From the NCBI RefSeq assembly GCF_006345805.1, contig NW_021834987.1, positions 1 through 43,642 of the forward strand: a stretch of DNA of 43,642 nucleotides, read 5' to 3'. The DNA comes from Octopus sinensis (taxonomy: Eukaryota). Numbering within the stretch: the stretch's first letter is position 1; each line of letters starts with the position of its first letter. The translations under genes were made by a program, and so were the position numbers. A model generated the notes under the pieces. That model did not search any database and had not been told where the DNA came from. It saw only the letters and a list, made by a program, of their open reading frames with translations. Below are positions 23,607-35,828 of the stretch, in pieces.

Positions 23607-26600
23607 TGGAAGTGCTACGTGATGGGACAGAGAGCGTTCAACATGCTGGCGAATGACTTCCGAAATGATGTGTGCCCATCCAGGATGAGCAAAGAAGATG
23701 CCCTGAAAGATGTGGAAAGGAAGAGCACCAGCACGCCGATTCCATGGACCCAGGAGGCAGAAGAGACGGGTTCCCCCCGTCTGCCGGACCCAGACGAAAC
23801 AAGGTAAGTGAATTATGGCTGTATAAATGTGCGCAGCCTGACATCGAACTGGAAACAAGGCCGTTTACTAAATGATGTCAGGTCGCAGAATTTAGACGTA
23901 ATTGTAGCTACTGAGACGCGAATCGAAGGGCCAAGAGATCTACTCCCGCTCCTGGATGGCTACGAGAAATATACTTCTGGCCAGCAGTGGGGTGTTGGTC
24001 CTGCTGAAAAAAGATAGAGTCTCAGAGAAAAAGTTGATTTTTTCTGATTCAGAAGGTAGGCTGGTCGTCTTAGATCTGACGTTCAGTTGTGGTAAAAAAA
24101 TCAGGCTGGTAGCGGTATACGCACCTAATTCGAGTCAGACGGATTTTTATCGAGACCTGGAGAAGTTTCTTGGCACGTCAAAATCCATAGTCATGCTAGG
24201 GGACTTTAAACATCATAGTCGATGCGCGCGTCGATGGCGTTGGCTCAAAAGATAGAAAACCAAACCTTGGCTTCCGGGATCTACTGAGTCGCTTCCAGCT
24301 GGTAGATCCCTACAGACTTGAATTCCTGAACGCTCCACAGTGGACGTGGTCAAATAGCGACGGGTCTGTCAGGTCCTACATAGACAGAATTCTCATTAGA
24401 AAAACAGATAAAGGATTAGTTAAGTGTCCACAGTTTCACCTGGTCAGTTACAGCGACCACAAGATGGTCACTGGCGAACTGAACCTAGATAAGATATGTA
24501 GTAAGGGATTCGGCTACTGGAAACTCAATAAGTCCCTTCTGGCTATTGAGGAATACAGAAACCGGATCGAGTTATTAGTGCAGAGGGCGTTAACCGGTTC
24601 CATTATTAACAATAAATGGTGGTACGCCCTCAAAAGAGCCATCAAATACGAGTCCATTAGATGCAGCATAGGTCTAGCAACTAGTGGGCGTAGGAAAGAG
24701 ATAGGGCTAGTTAAGGCCTTAGAGGAGCCATGAGAGCTGGCGATGGAGCCCAAGTTAGGCTGAAGAAACTGGAGTTGAACCAGCACCTCGAAGCCAAACA
24801 TATGGGTTGTATCGTCAGAGCTAGAATTCGCGCAATGGGGTGCGAGGGTATTAAGGCTGCCGGATGGGCACGAGTTGTGGAGGCCAAACGTGGAAACGAT
24901 TCCACAATTAAGTCTGTGACGAACGGGCGAGGCGATGTGATTACTGAACCAGAGGAGATGTGTCGGACGTTTCAGGAGCACTTCGCTCAGCTCTTTGGGG
25001 GCGACGGCGGGCCGGAGGAGAGGGTGGACCTAACGGACATCCTCGCCGGGTTGCCGCGCCTCTCGGGCCAGGACGTGGAGAGCTGTGAAGCGTCGATCTC
25101 GCCTGAGGAGATAGCTGAGGTCCTGGTCGACTGCGGTGAAGGCAGGGTGCCGGGGATTGATGGTTTACCTTACGAGCTATATAAAAGAATGCCAGACTTG
25201 TTCGGGAACGTGCTGACCGGCGTCTTTGCGAACTGGCGACAGAATGGGTTCATTCCCAGATCTGTACGTCGGGGAGTGGTGACGCTGATCAGAAAGGACC
25301 CGAGCAAGGGGGACAACATAGACAACTTTCGGCCATCACACTGCTAAACACAGAGGTGAAGATTTTGGCCAAGGTGCTAGCGAAAAGGTTGACGCGTGTT
25401 GCGGGTGGTCTGATCGGTGAGGCACAAACGTGTGCGGTCCCTGGAAGAACCATCCAGGATAATCTTCACCTAGTACGCTACACAATAGAGAGGTTTGGGA
25501 ATGACTCTGGCAAAGGTGGGGCATTGGTCCATTTAGACCAGAGTAAAGCGTTTGATAGGGTGAACCATCGGTACCTGGTGTCCATGCTGGCGCAGTTCGG
25601 TCTGGGCATTGGCTTCCTCATGTGGATCATACAGTTGTACAATAACATCGACTCGATTGTTCGGGTGAATGGCTTCTTTTCGAAGCCGTTCCGCATCAGA
25701 CGGCCTGTTCGTCAAGGGACTCCGCTCTCCCCAATTTTGTATGTGATGGCTCTCGAGCCACTGCTGTGAAAGCCGAGCGCCATCCCGACGAATCCAGGAG
25801 GTGGAGGATCTGTGACATCGTATGCGGACGACATCACCATCATCGTGACCGAGGTGGAACTCCTACGTAATGTGGGAGATGCCATCAAGGCTTACGAGAC
25901 GGCGACAGGAGCAAAGATTAACCGGGAAAAATTGGTCGGCTTGCAACTCGGCACGTCGATGCCTTCGAATAGCATCGTGGGTTGCTGGACGGAGGGCCCG
26001 GTTAAGCTGCTAGGGATCTGGTTTGGTCCAGATATCCAGATAGAAAAGAACTGGTCTGAGGTGATGAGCAAGGTGGCTATCCTTGAAAGGGAGGGAGGGC
26101 GGAGGTGGCCAATGTGTTTTTAGCATCGGTCATCACCTACTGCCTGACCGTCGTCCCTTGTCCGGATTCGTGGTTAAGCAAGTTGGAGAGGAAGATCTTC
26201 CACTTTTTGTGGAAGGGAAACACTCCTCTTGTAAGACGTTCTATTTGCTGTCAGAAACTGTTAAAGGGTGGGTTAGGGATGCCTTGGCTGTTGATGCGCT
26301 GAGGTTAGGGCATCTTTGGCCCTACCTGGATGGTGAACGGGTGTGGTCCCCACTTGCGAGGCAGATGATCCCCAGCTTTGCCAGTTTCAGTGGCAGAGAA
26401 ACCAGGTATCGTCGTAGACTTAGATCGAGCATGTGGTATTCAGAGTGCCACAGGGCACTCTGCCACTTCCGCAAGTCAGGCAATACCGGCAGCTTTCTAT
26501 AGCAGGTTGGTAGAGGCCGGAAATGACGATGCCTTGGGAAGGACCTTGGGCCTCGATCGAAATCAGTTAGACAGTCTGTTCCGAAGGACGTTCGGGCCGA

Positions 26601-27346
26601 AGACATTGGATAACTTCCAGAAGTCTTTGACCTGGCAATGTTTCAGAGGGGCTTTATCCGTTCGGGATAAACTCACAAGGCATGGTTGGAGTGGACCATC
26701 GAACTGCCCAAGATGCGAGCGGGATCTGGAAACAGTCTCGCACGCTATTGTTCAGTGTCCGGAAGTTTCGGACGTGTGGGTATATGCCGAACACCTGTTG
26801 TCGGATGGAAGAAGAGTACAGCTATCGGCTGAGACAATTATAAAAATTGACTCGCCTAGCTTTTTGACAAGTGAAGGTAAGCATTGCTTTCTCAGTACAG
26901 TAGCAGTAGCGAAAGAGTGTATATGGAAGACTAGAATGAAAGTTGTAAAGACAGGCACCATGATCTCTGGCTCCGCCTTGGTGACCTATTTCAGGTTCCA
27001 CCTAAAAAGAAAGGTGGAGTTAGAGAAAAGGTGTCTGTCTGCGTGTGAGTTCGACAAAATATGGAACCGTGTGGCACGATTGCTGCGAGTGAAAGGGGCC
27101 ACGTGAACATACTGTAAGTTGGCTGCCGAGTTTCGGTGGGAAAAACAGGGCTCGTGGGGTCGGCAATCCTGGTGTTCCCACTTCATGTGTTCCTTTTATG
27201 TCGTGCTGTTGTTAAAAACATTGTGTATCATTCGATTTCTTCGATTTTGTGTAAACATTTTTATGTAAATTTCATCTGTATCTCGTGACCCCAAATCATG
27301 ATGTGTTGTCCCCTTCTTCGTTGGCCCCTTGTGGGTAATAAAGAAA
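23607..27346 (+). mobile_element. Tx1/L1-clade non-LTR retrotransposon copy 1, 5'-truncated, ORF2 disrupted
   Basis: ORF1 tail, APE (GCINVRSL, ATETRI, GDF), RT (PGIDG, QSKAFD, RQGTPLSP, YADD), C-terminal CPRC...H...C; 3' AATAAA. Confidence 0.92.
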
Positions 27347-30300
27347 TAGGTGAACCCGATAGGATGTGTATTTTTTTCGGCTCGTGAAAATTTTGTCAGT
27401 GTATTCTACTACCAGTTGTTATTTGTGAAAGATAAAACAAAAAGAAAAAGCAAGTTGTTTTTTGAATTCGTTAGTCGAATTTATTTGACTAATATTAGTG
27501 AAGCCGCTGAGGAGGGGTAGGCCAATAATGGCCAGCCCGAAGGCGGACAGAACGGAAGACCAAACCCAGGTCCTGAGTCCAGAGATGTCCAGCCTAGAAA
27601 AAACAATAGCTTTACCCGACATTTCCTCGGACGAAGAGGAAAGTAGGGGAATCAGAAGAAATATAGATGTGCCAAGCATGGCAAAGAAAGCGCTAAACTT
27701 CGCCGAGGCGGCTAGCCCAAAAGAAAGAAAGATAAACCTGACCAAGTTGGAAGAAGTGAAAAAGATAGTATCCCGAAACGGGTATAAAATTAAACTGAAC
27801 CAGGCGCAAGAATCTCTCGAAGAGATAGAGAGAAAGACGATAATATATAAAACATATCGTAATAAGGAAAGGAGAATAGACTTTTCTTCGGAAAAGGAAG
27901 TGGAGGCTTGCTTACTACCCATCTGGGAAAAAATTACATTTTTAACCAGGGGTAAGAGATATGGTACCGTGGAAACCAGGTTCAGAACAGAGGAAGAAGC
28001 AAGGGAGCAGTCCATGCAACCCCTGAAAACAGATACAATAACCCTTCTACCTATTTATAGAGGAAGGCGCATTTCAAGAATAACAATTGCTAACATACCG
28101 CCAGAGGTTGAGCCCGAACTAATAGTGGCTGGAGTCACTGCAGGGCTGGGAGAAAAAATAGAAATTCGCGATGCCATGGTGGAAGACGCCAAAAAGTGGC
28201 AAGGACAGAGAGTAAAGATTATTATACAGGCCGAGGCGGACGTCTTGGAAGAGATAGGCGAGGTTATCGAGATAGGAGAGAGCCGGATGGCAGTAATGGT
28301 GGAGGGCCGGAAGCCCAGGTGTTTCACCTGTGGCAAGAAGGGCCACATCAAGAAAGACTGCAAGCCGGCGGAGAAGGAGAAGAGCGAACCCACAAAGCCA
28401 AGTTCTCAAGTGGCGGTAACAGAAACAACACCTGCAACAGAAGTAGGGGAGGGGTGGTCACAGGTTGCTGCTACAAAACGAAAACACAATAACCCCTCCC
28501 CGGAGAAAACCATAAGCAAAAAGAAGAGAGAAGTGAAGAAAGCGAAGAAGCCGGAGAAGGAAAACAAGGTGTATGTTGCGATGAACACCGCAAACAGAGA
28601 AGTGATGCGTAGAGTGGAGACACAACACATCGAGGAGGTGGAGATGGAAGTGAGATGTAGAGACTGGAGATGCTACGTGATGGGACTGAGAGGGTTCAAC
28701 ACGTTAGCAAATGATTTTAGAAAAGATGTAGGCCCATCCAGAATGAGCAAGGGGGATGCCCTGAAGGATGTAGAAAAGAAGAACAGCAGCTCGCCGATTC
28801 CACGGCCCTCGGAGGCAGAAGAGATGGGTTCCCCCCGTCGGCCGGACCCAGAGGAAATAAGGTAAGCAAACTATGGCTGTTTACGTTGGTTGTATAAATG
28901 TGCGCACCCTGGTAGCGAACTGGAAACAAGGTCGTTTACTAAACGATATCAGGGCGCAGAATTAAAATGTAATTGTAGCTACTGAGACACGAATCGAAGG
29001 GCCAAGAGATCTACTCCCGCTCCTGGATGGCTACGAGAAATATACTTCTGGCCAGCAGTGGGGTGTTGGTCCTGCTGAAAAAAGATAGAGTCTCAGAGAA
29101 AAAGTTGATTTTTTCTGATTCAGAAGGTAGGCTGGTCGTCTTAGATCTGACGTTCAGTTGTGGTAAAGAAATCAGGCTGGTAGCAGTATACGCACCTAAT
29201 TCGAGTCAGACTGATTTTTATCGAGACCTGGAGAAGTTTCTTGGCACGTCAAAATCCATAGTCATGCTAGGGGACTTTAAACGTCATAGTCGATGCGCGC
29301 GTCGATGGCGTTGGCTCAAAAGATATAAAACCAAACCCTGGCTTCCGGGATCTACTGAGTCGCTTCCAGCTGGTAGATCCCTACAGACTTGAATTCCCGA
29401 ACGCTCCACAGTGGACGTGGTCAAATAGCGACAGGTCTGTCAGGTCCTACATAGACAGAATTCTCATTAGAAAAATAGATAAAGGATTAGTTAAGTGTCC
29501 ACAGTTTCACCTGGTCAGTTACAGCGATCACAAGATGGTCACTGGCGAACTGAACCTAGATAAGTTAGGTAGTAAGGGATCCGGCTACTGGAAACTCAAT
29601 AAGTCCCTTCTGGCTATTGAGGAGTACAGAAACCGGATCGAGTTATTAGTGCAGAGGGCGTTAACCGGTTCCATTATTAACAACAAATGGTGGTACGCCC
29701 TCAAAAGAGCCATCAAATACGAGTCCGTTAGATACAGCATAGGTCTAGCAACTAGTGGCGTAGGAAAGAGATGGGGCTAGTTAAGGCCTTAGAGGAAGCC
29801 ATGAGAGCTGGCGATGGAGCCCAAGTTAGGCTGAAGAGACTGGAGTTGAACCAGCACCTCGAAGCCAAACATGGGTTGTATCGTCAGAGCTAGAATTCGC
29901 GCAATGGGGTGCGAGGGTATTAAGGCTGCCGGATGGGCACGAGCTGTGGAGGCTCGACGTGGAAATGATTCCACAATTAAGTCTGTGACGAACAGGCGAG
30001 GCGATGTGATCACCGAACCAGAGGAGATGTGTCGGACGTTTCAGGAGCACTTCGCTCGGCTCTTGGGGGGGCGACGGCGGGCCGGTGGACATTACGGACC
30101 TCCTCGCCGGGTTGCCGCGCCTCTTGGGGCAGGACGCGGAGAGCTGTGAAGCGTTGATCTCGCCTGAGGAGATAGCTGAGGCCTTGGCCGACTGTGGTGA
30201 AGGTAGGTCGCCGGGAATTGATGGTTTACCCTACAAGCTATATAAAAGGATGCCAGACTTGTTCGGGAATGTGCTGGCCGGCGTTTTCGCGAACTGGCGG

Positions 30301-32366
30301 CAGAATGGGTTCATTCCCAGATCTGTACGTTGGGGAGTGGTGACGCTGATCAAAAAGGACCCGAGCAAGGGGGATAGCATAGACAACTTTCGGCCCATCA
30401 CCCTGCTAAATGCAGAGTTGAAGATATTGGCCAAGGTGTTAGCGAAAAGGTTGACGCGTGTCGTCTGATTGGGGAGGCACAAACTTGTGTGGTCCCCGGA
30501 AGAACCATTCAGGACAATCTTCATCTAGTACGCTACACCATAGAGGGATTTGGGAATGACTCTGGCAAAGGTGGGGCACTGGTCCATTTAGACCAGAGTA
30601 AAGCGTTTGATAGAGTGAACCATCGGTACCTGGTGTCCGTACTGGCGCAGTTCGGTCTGGGCATTGGCTTCCTCATGTGGATCATACAGTTGTACAATAA
30701 CATCAACTCGATTGTTCGGGTGAATGGCTTCTTTTCGAAGCCGTTCCGCATCAGACGGCCTGTTCGTCAAGGGTCTCCGCTCTCCCCAATTTTGTATGTG
30801 ATGGCTCTCGAGCCACTGCTGTGAAAGCCGAGCGCCATCCCGACGAATCCAGGAGGTGGAGGATCTGTGACATTGTATGCGGACGACATCACCATCATCG
30901 TGACCGAGGTGGAACTCCTACGTAATGTGGGAGATGCCATCAAGGCTTACGAGACGGCGACAGGAGCAAAGATTAACCGGGAAAAATTGGTCGGCTTGCA
31001 ACTCGGCACCTGGAGGGGCAAGTCAATGCCTTCGAATAGCCTTCGTGGGTTGCTGGACGGAGGGCCCGGTTAAGCTGCTAGGGATCTGGTTTGGTCCAGA
31101 TATCCAGATAGAAAAGAACTGGTCTGAGGTGATGAGCAAGGTGGCTATCCTTGAAAGGGAGGGCGGAGGTGGCCAATGTGTTTTTAGCATCGGTCACCAC
31201 CTACTGCCTGACCGTCATCCCTTGTCCGGATTCGTGGTTAAGCAAGTTGGAGAGGAAGATCTTCCACTTTTTGTGGAAGGGAAACACTCCTCTTGTAAGA
31301 CGTTCTATTTGCTGTCAGAAACTGTTAAAGGGTGGGTTAGGGATGCCTTGGCTGTTGATGCGCTGAGGTTAAGGCATCTTTGGCCTACCTGGATGGTGAA
31401 CGGGTGTGGTCCCCACTTGCGAGGCAGATGATCCCCAGCTTTGCCAGTTTCAGTGGCAGAGAAACCAGGTATCGTCGTAGACTTAGATCGAGCATGTGGT
31501 ATTCGGAGTGCCATAAGGCACTCTGCCACTTCCGCAAGTCGGGCAATACCGGCGGCTTTGGTACCACCGCAGCTTTCTATAGCAGGTTGGTAGAGGCCGG
31601 AAATGACGATGCCTGAGGAGGACCTTGGGCCTCGAGCGTAATCAGTTAGACAGCCTGTTCGGGCCGAGGACATTGGATAACTTCCAGAAGTCTTTGACCT
31701 GGCAATGTTTCAGAGGAGCTTTACCCGTTCAGGATAAACTCACAAGGCATGGTTGGAGTGGACCATCGAACTGTCCAAGATGTGAGCGGGATCTGAAAAC
31801 AGTCTCGCATGCTATTGTTCAGTGTTCGGAAGTTTCAGACGTGTGGGTATATGCGGAACACCTGTTGTCAGACGGAAGAAGAGTACAGCTATCGGCTGAG
31901 ACAATTATAAAAATTGACTCGCCTAGCTTTTTGACAAGTGAAGGTAAGCATTGCTTTCTCAGTACAGTAGCAGTAGCGAAAGAGTGTATATGGAAGACTA
32001 GAATGAAAGCGGTAATGACAGGCACCATGATCTCTGGCTCTGCCTTGGTGACCTTTTTCAGGTTCCACCTTAAGAGAAAGGTGGAGATAGAGAAAAGGTG
32101 TCTGTCTGTGTGCGAGTTTGACAAAAGATGGAAACGTGTGGCACGATTGCTGCGAGTGAAAGGGGCCACGTGAACACGCTGTATGTTGGCTGCCGAGTTT
32201 CAGTGGGAAAAACAGGGCTCGTGGGGTCGGCAGTCCTGGTGTTCCCACTTCATGTGTCGTTTTTATGTCGTGCTGTAAAAATTTGTGTATCATTCGATTT
32301 CCTCGATTTTATGTAAAATCATGTGTTGTCCCCATCTTCATTAGTCCCTTGTGGGTAATAAAGAAA
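27347..32366 (+). mobile_element. Tx1/L1-clade retrotransposon copy 2, near full length, ORF1 open, ORF2 disrupted
   Basis: Same family as copy 1 in head-to-tail tandem; ORF2 from about 28873 (MAVYVGCINVRTL) to 32173 in many broken frames. Confidence 0.92.
27528..28865 (+). CDS. Tx1-clade ORF1 (gag-like nucleic-acid-binding protein with CCHC zinc knuckle, about 445 aa)
   Basis: Open frame from ATG MASPKAD (the track start is an upstream GTG); CFTCGKKGHIKKDC; Lys-rich C-terminal region; directly upstream of the APE ORF2. Confidence 0.85.
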   Translation: MASPKADRTEDQTQVLSPEMSSLEKTIALPDISSDEEESRGIRRNIDVPSMAKKALNFAEAASPKERKINLTKLEEVKKIVSRNGYKIKLNQAQESLEEIERKTIIYKTYRNKERRIDFSSEKEVEACLLPIWEKITFLTRGKRYGTVETRFRTEEEAREQSMQPLKTDTITLLPIYRGRRISRITIANIPPEVEPELIVAGVTAGLGEKIEIRDAMVEDAKKWQGQRVKIIIQAEADVLEEIGEVIEIGESRMAVMVEGRKPRCFTCGKKGHIKKDCKPAEKEKSEPTKPSSQVAVTETTPATEVGEGWSQVAATKRKHNNPSPEKTISKKKREVKKAKKPEKENKVYVAMNTANREVMRRVETQHIEEVEMEVRCRDWRCYVMGLRGFNTLANDFRKDVGPSRMSKGDALKDVEKKNSSSPIPRPSEAEEMGSPRRPDPEEIR

Positions 32367-32629
32367 CAACTGAACCCGGAACCATGTGGTTGGTAAGGAA
32401 GCTACTTACCACACAGCTATCCACTCTTTCTCGAACACATCTCCTCTAAACCCTGCCAACGCTGTTTCCCCGAACACACTTCTCGACAAAACTTGTATTT
32501 TTTTTGTAACTTTCAAATAAAATGATAAAAAAAAAAAAACCATAATTTCATATTGATGTGGGGAAAATACTCCGAAAGAAATCTTTGCAGAAAGGTGAGT
32601 AGATTCATTACACATTTCATTATGTTACT

Positions 32630-33026
32630 CTCTCTTTTACTTGTTTCAGTCATTTGAATGCGGCCATGCTGGAGCACCGCCTTTAGTCGAGCAAATCGAC
32701 CCCGGGACTTATTCTTTGTAAGCCCAGTACTTATTCTATCGGTGTCTTTTGCCGAACCGCTAAGTGACGGGGACGTAAACACACCAGCATCGGTTATCAA
32801 GCAATGCTAGGGGGACAAACACACAAACACATATATATATACATATATACGACAGGCTTCTTTCAGTTTCCGTCTTTGGTAGACGGAAACTGGCATCCAC
32901 TCACAAGGCATTGGTCGGCCTGGGGCTATAGCAGAAGACACTTGCCCAAGATGCCACGCAGTGGGACTGAACCCGGAACCATGTGGTTGGTTAGCAAATT
33001 ACTTACCACACAGCCACTCCTGCGCC
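32630..33026 (-). mobile_element. SINE family A (minus); a separate head fragment lies at 32368-32425
   Basis: Reverse complement of the family A consensus. Confidence 0.88.
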
Positions 33027-33247
33027 TGTTACTGCAGTTTAGTGAGATTTGGCTTTATTTCTAGCATGAAAATAGCCGGCTTGAGGGGGATACATCTCTA
33101 TATTTAAAAAAAAAAAAAATTTTACAAAAAAGTGAAAACTGAATTAATGGGGAGGGAGGGGGGATTTGAATTTTTGAAGTTGCGATTTATAATTATTCTG
33201 TGACAATATAATCTGTACTTACCACATGTGTGGTAGATTTGTTAAAA

Positions 33248-33470
33248 GCTCTACCTGCGACGATTTCATCTCAATCGAAGGAGAGGTGCTTTCTCCGTCC
33301 GGGTTGCGGATCCGTGGAACAAGCTGCCAGACGAGATGGTGAAGATGCCGACGACCGCTTTGTTCAAAGCCTCCCTGGACCTCAAGTGGCCTGAACTCTT
33401 TACATGAACACCACCCTGTACTTAACTCCATGTCCTTGCTATTTGCTTTTGAGCCTAACTAACTAACTAA
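33248..33470 (+). mobile_element. CR1 3'-end fragment
   Basis: Homologous to 19980-20222; (AACT)n tail. Confidence 0.75.
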
Positions 33471-33550
33471 CAAATCTACCACGCTTCTATTTCAAATTTT
33501 TTAACGTTGTCAGTTGTTACAGCAGCCACGTGGAAATTGGTCGAACATCT

Positions 33551-34400
33551 TTATTGCCCAGGATACAAATTCGCAGCTTGCAATAAAAATTCATGAATCC
33601 TTTTGGGGGCAGGGCGGAAAGCTTGCATGAATTGGTACCTAGCAACATATTGTTTTAAGAAACACGGTTTAATTCCAGGCCTTATCACGTTCCTCTTTAA
33701 GCTCCCCCAAAATCTTTCTATTGTCTGTGTATGAATAGATGGGTTTGCTGGATCGACAAAGTTCTGGCTGTGATTTATTTGGAAATGCTTGTAACCCAAA
33801 CTATCTAGCCTATTATATATGGGCCAACAATCGCTATATACAGTTGAACCAGGATGAATGTGGCGTCTGATTAATGGAATCAGTGTGGAAGAATCTCGCC
33901 TTTGAATTTCACAACATTCCGATGTCAGAGGTATCAAAAAATTTTTCTTGGAATCCCTTTCCATTCTGCCAAAAAGCCAAATAGTTTTCACAAGTCTCCC
34001 CCTGTTATATTTCCTCCTAACCAAGACTGTCTCATCTATTTCAACTGCGATCCCTGGCCCTCCAATTGGTGCTTGGGAATTTTCGACCCAATGAAGGCAG
34101 ACTTCAGAGCAGAAAGACCTCCAATCAACAGACGTGGCAAGCGATATATCTAAATTGTCCATAACAGCTTGATGCGACCAACCTTCTGTTAAATGATTTA
34201 TATACAAAAGAATTTTCCATGGGGGTAACCGATTCCACTCCAAAAAGGTGTTCTTAAATATCGAAACCGAAAAACCACATTCTGTTGCCTTTTGTCTTCC
34301 ACGACGATCCATCTTCCTGCAACGAAATACATGTCCCATTTCGTAGAAATGTGAATTGCCCAACATGCAATTCACTGTGTGTTCTACGAAATGGAACAGA
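33551..34400 (-). mobile_element. Merlin/IS1595-family (ISXO2-like) DDE transposase A, N-terminally truncated, D/D/E intact
   Basis: Motifs IGGPGIAVEIDET, GSTVYSDCW, QINHSQNFVDP and HTQTIERFW. The track ORF starts at GTG 34453; the first in-frame ATG is at 34366. Confidence 0.9.
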
Positions 34401-34848
34401 TATATTACTGGAAGAATGCGAAAAGACGATTTAAGATCATGATGGGGGTACACTCCAACATGGTGGAATCGTATCTAGACGAATTTCTGTGGAAGGAGCA
34501 ATAAGGGAAGTGTGGAAAGGAATGTCTTGAAAACATTCTTAAGCACCTTTCCGAACGTTTCACATTCAAGTGAATCAAATGAACTGCAAGAACTGAGATA
34601 TTCAATTTTCTACTTGCTGTTTGCTTTTTATTTACTTCAATTAATTTGTGTAAAAAAATGATATACATAAAAATTTTTTTAAAAATCTTTGTTTATAAAA
34701 AAAAATATTTACTTCGTTTCCAAATATGTATCGCGCATGCACCAATCTATTCATTAGCATATGCGCAAGTTGTAGGATCGATTACTTATGACCAGCTAGC
34801 GAGGATGCAGGACTGAGCGTACCGGGACCACTGTTCGCTAGTAGTACC
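34400..34848 (+). mobile_element. Merlin lineage C: transposase C-terminal fragment and right TIR
   Basis: 34403-34572 reads YYWKNAKRRFKIMMGVHSNMVESYLDEFLWKEQ*...LENILKHLSERF. It ends ...ACCGGGACCACTGTTCGCTAGTAGTACC at 34848. Confidence 0.8.
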
Positions 34849-34859
34849 GAAATACTTTG

Positions 34860-34865
<6 letters not shown>

Positions 34866-34920
<55 letters not shown>
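34866..34920. repeat. (TA)n microsatellite; others at about 22016-22047, 37110-37132 and 39686-39706, with (TG)n at 11038, 12550 and 40988
   Basis: Direct reading. Confidence 0.95.
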
Positions 34921-34923
<3 letters not shown>

Positions 34924-34972
34924 TGGGGAAAAAAAGAAAAATCGCCCCCCACGAATATATACAATCAAGATT

Positions 34973-35828
34973 TTAAAATCTTGCAATCCCCGCTAACAGT
35001 TTTTCAAAAAGATCGCAACCTTCGTACCTTTTGCGCCACATAATTTCACAGAGACCGGAGTCAATCATAGAACTCTGCTTAACACAGGCCCAAGGGCCTT
35101 CCATCCGTGGCGACTTTGACTTTGACTTAGACCGAGCACCGTGCTTCTCTGCTTTATGGCGAAATTGATAACCCTCGATCTCCGGAATATGAGAGTAAGA
35201 TCTCCACAGATCACTAATGACCGTGGTTCCGGGGAGAACCGATTGGCGGATGCATTCTTCGAGTGTGTCGCGATCCCGACATGTTATTGTATAGAGAAAA
35301 ACCTGCTTGGCCTTGCGACACACTCCTTTATAGACCCACTGGTGGGGCGGCCGACCTCCAAGTCTACATTTCCTCCTCGAGAAGACTGTCTCGTCTATCT
35401 CGACAACCTTCCCAGGACCACCTATCTGAACTGGGTTGAAGAGTAAGTCCTCTGCACAGACTTCTCTTAAACAGCTGGTGTAGTCAACAGCTGCAGTGTG
35501 ACTCACACCCAGCTCTTCATAACAATAACGTATCGTGGTCAGCTTCTTCACCCAAGAATACAAGAAAAGGAGGATAGTTCGCAGAGGAAGCGAGGTGCCT
35601 TCCAGCCATGTACCTTTCCTAACAGATAGAGACTGGTCACAGCCTTTCCGTGTGCAGCGCCAGCGAACGCTCCGATCTTTCACTTTGCGTTTCATGAAAT
35701 GTCTCTTTTTACATTTTCTTTGGAGGTATTATACCCTTCTCTGCAAAGAAAGCTACCGCATCCGCTTCGGTCCTAATCGTGTTGAACAAATCCATGAGGC
35801 CATGCGGTTTAGTTGCAGCCACAGCCAT
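34973..35828 (-). CDS. Merlin-transposase-derived ORF B (about 284 aa if a +1 A in AAGAAAATGT near 35715 is removed; 240 aa from the ATG at 35695)
   Basis: Upstream frame MAVAATKPHGLMDLFNTIRTEADAVAFFAEKGIIPPKK joins C-KKRH-FMKRK...WRCTRKGC; motifs QIGGPGKVVEIDET, GTTVISDLW, MEGPW, LCEIMWR; no TIRs seen. Confidence 0.8.

Noticed and set aside
27419-28630. Antisense ORFs over Tx1 ORF1
   Set aside because: Shadow frames of a purine-rich coding strand, with no independent motifs.
33551-35828. Bacterial IS1595 contamination or recent horizontal transfer
   Set aside because: The ORFs are interleaved with host SINEs, microsatellites and ZNF cassette relics, and matching MITEs with 9-bp TSDs sit in host DNA, all consistent with eukaryotic Merlin.
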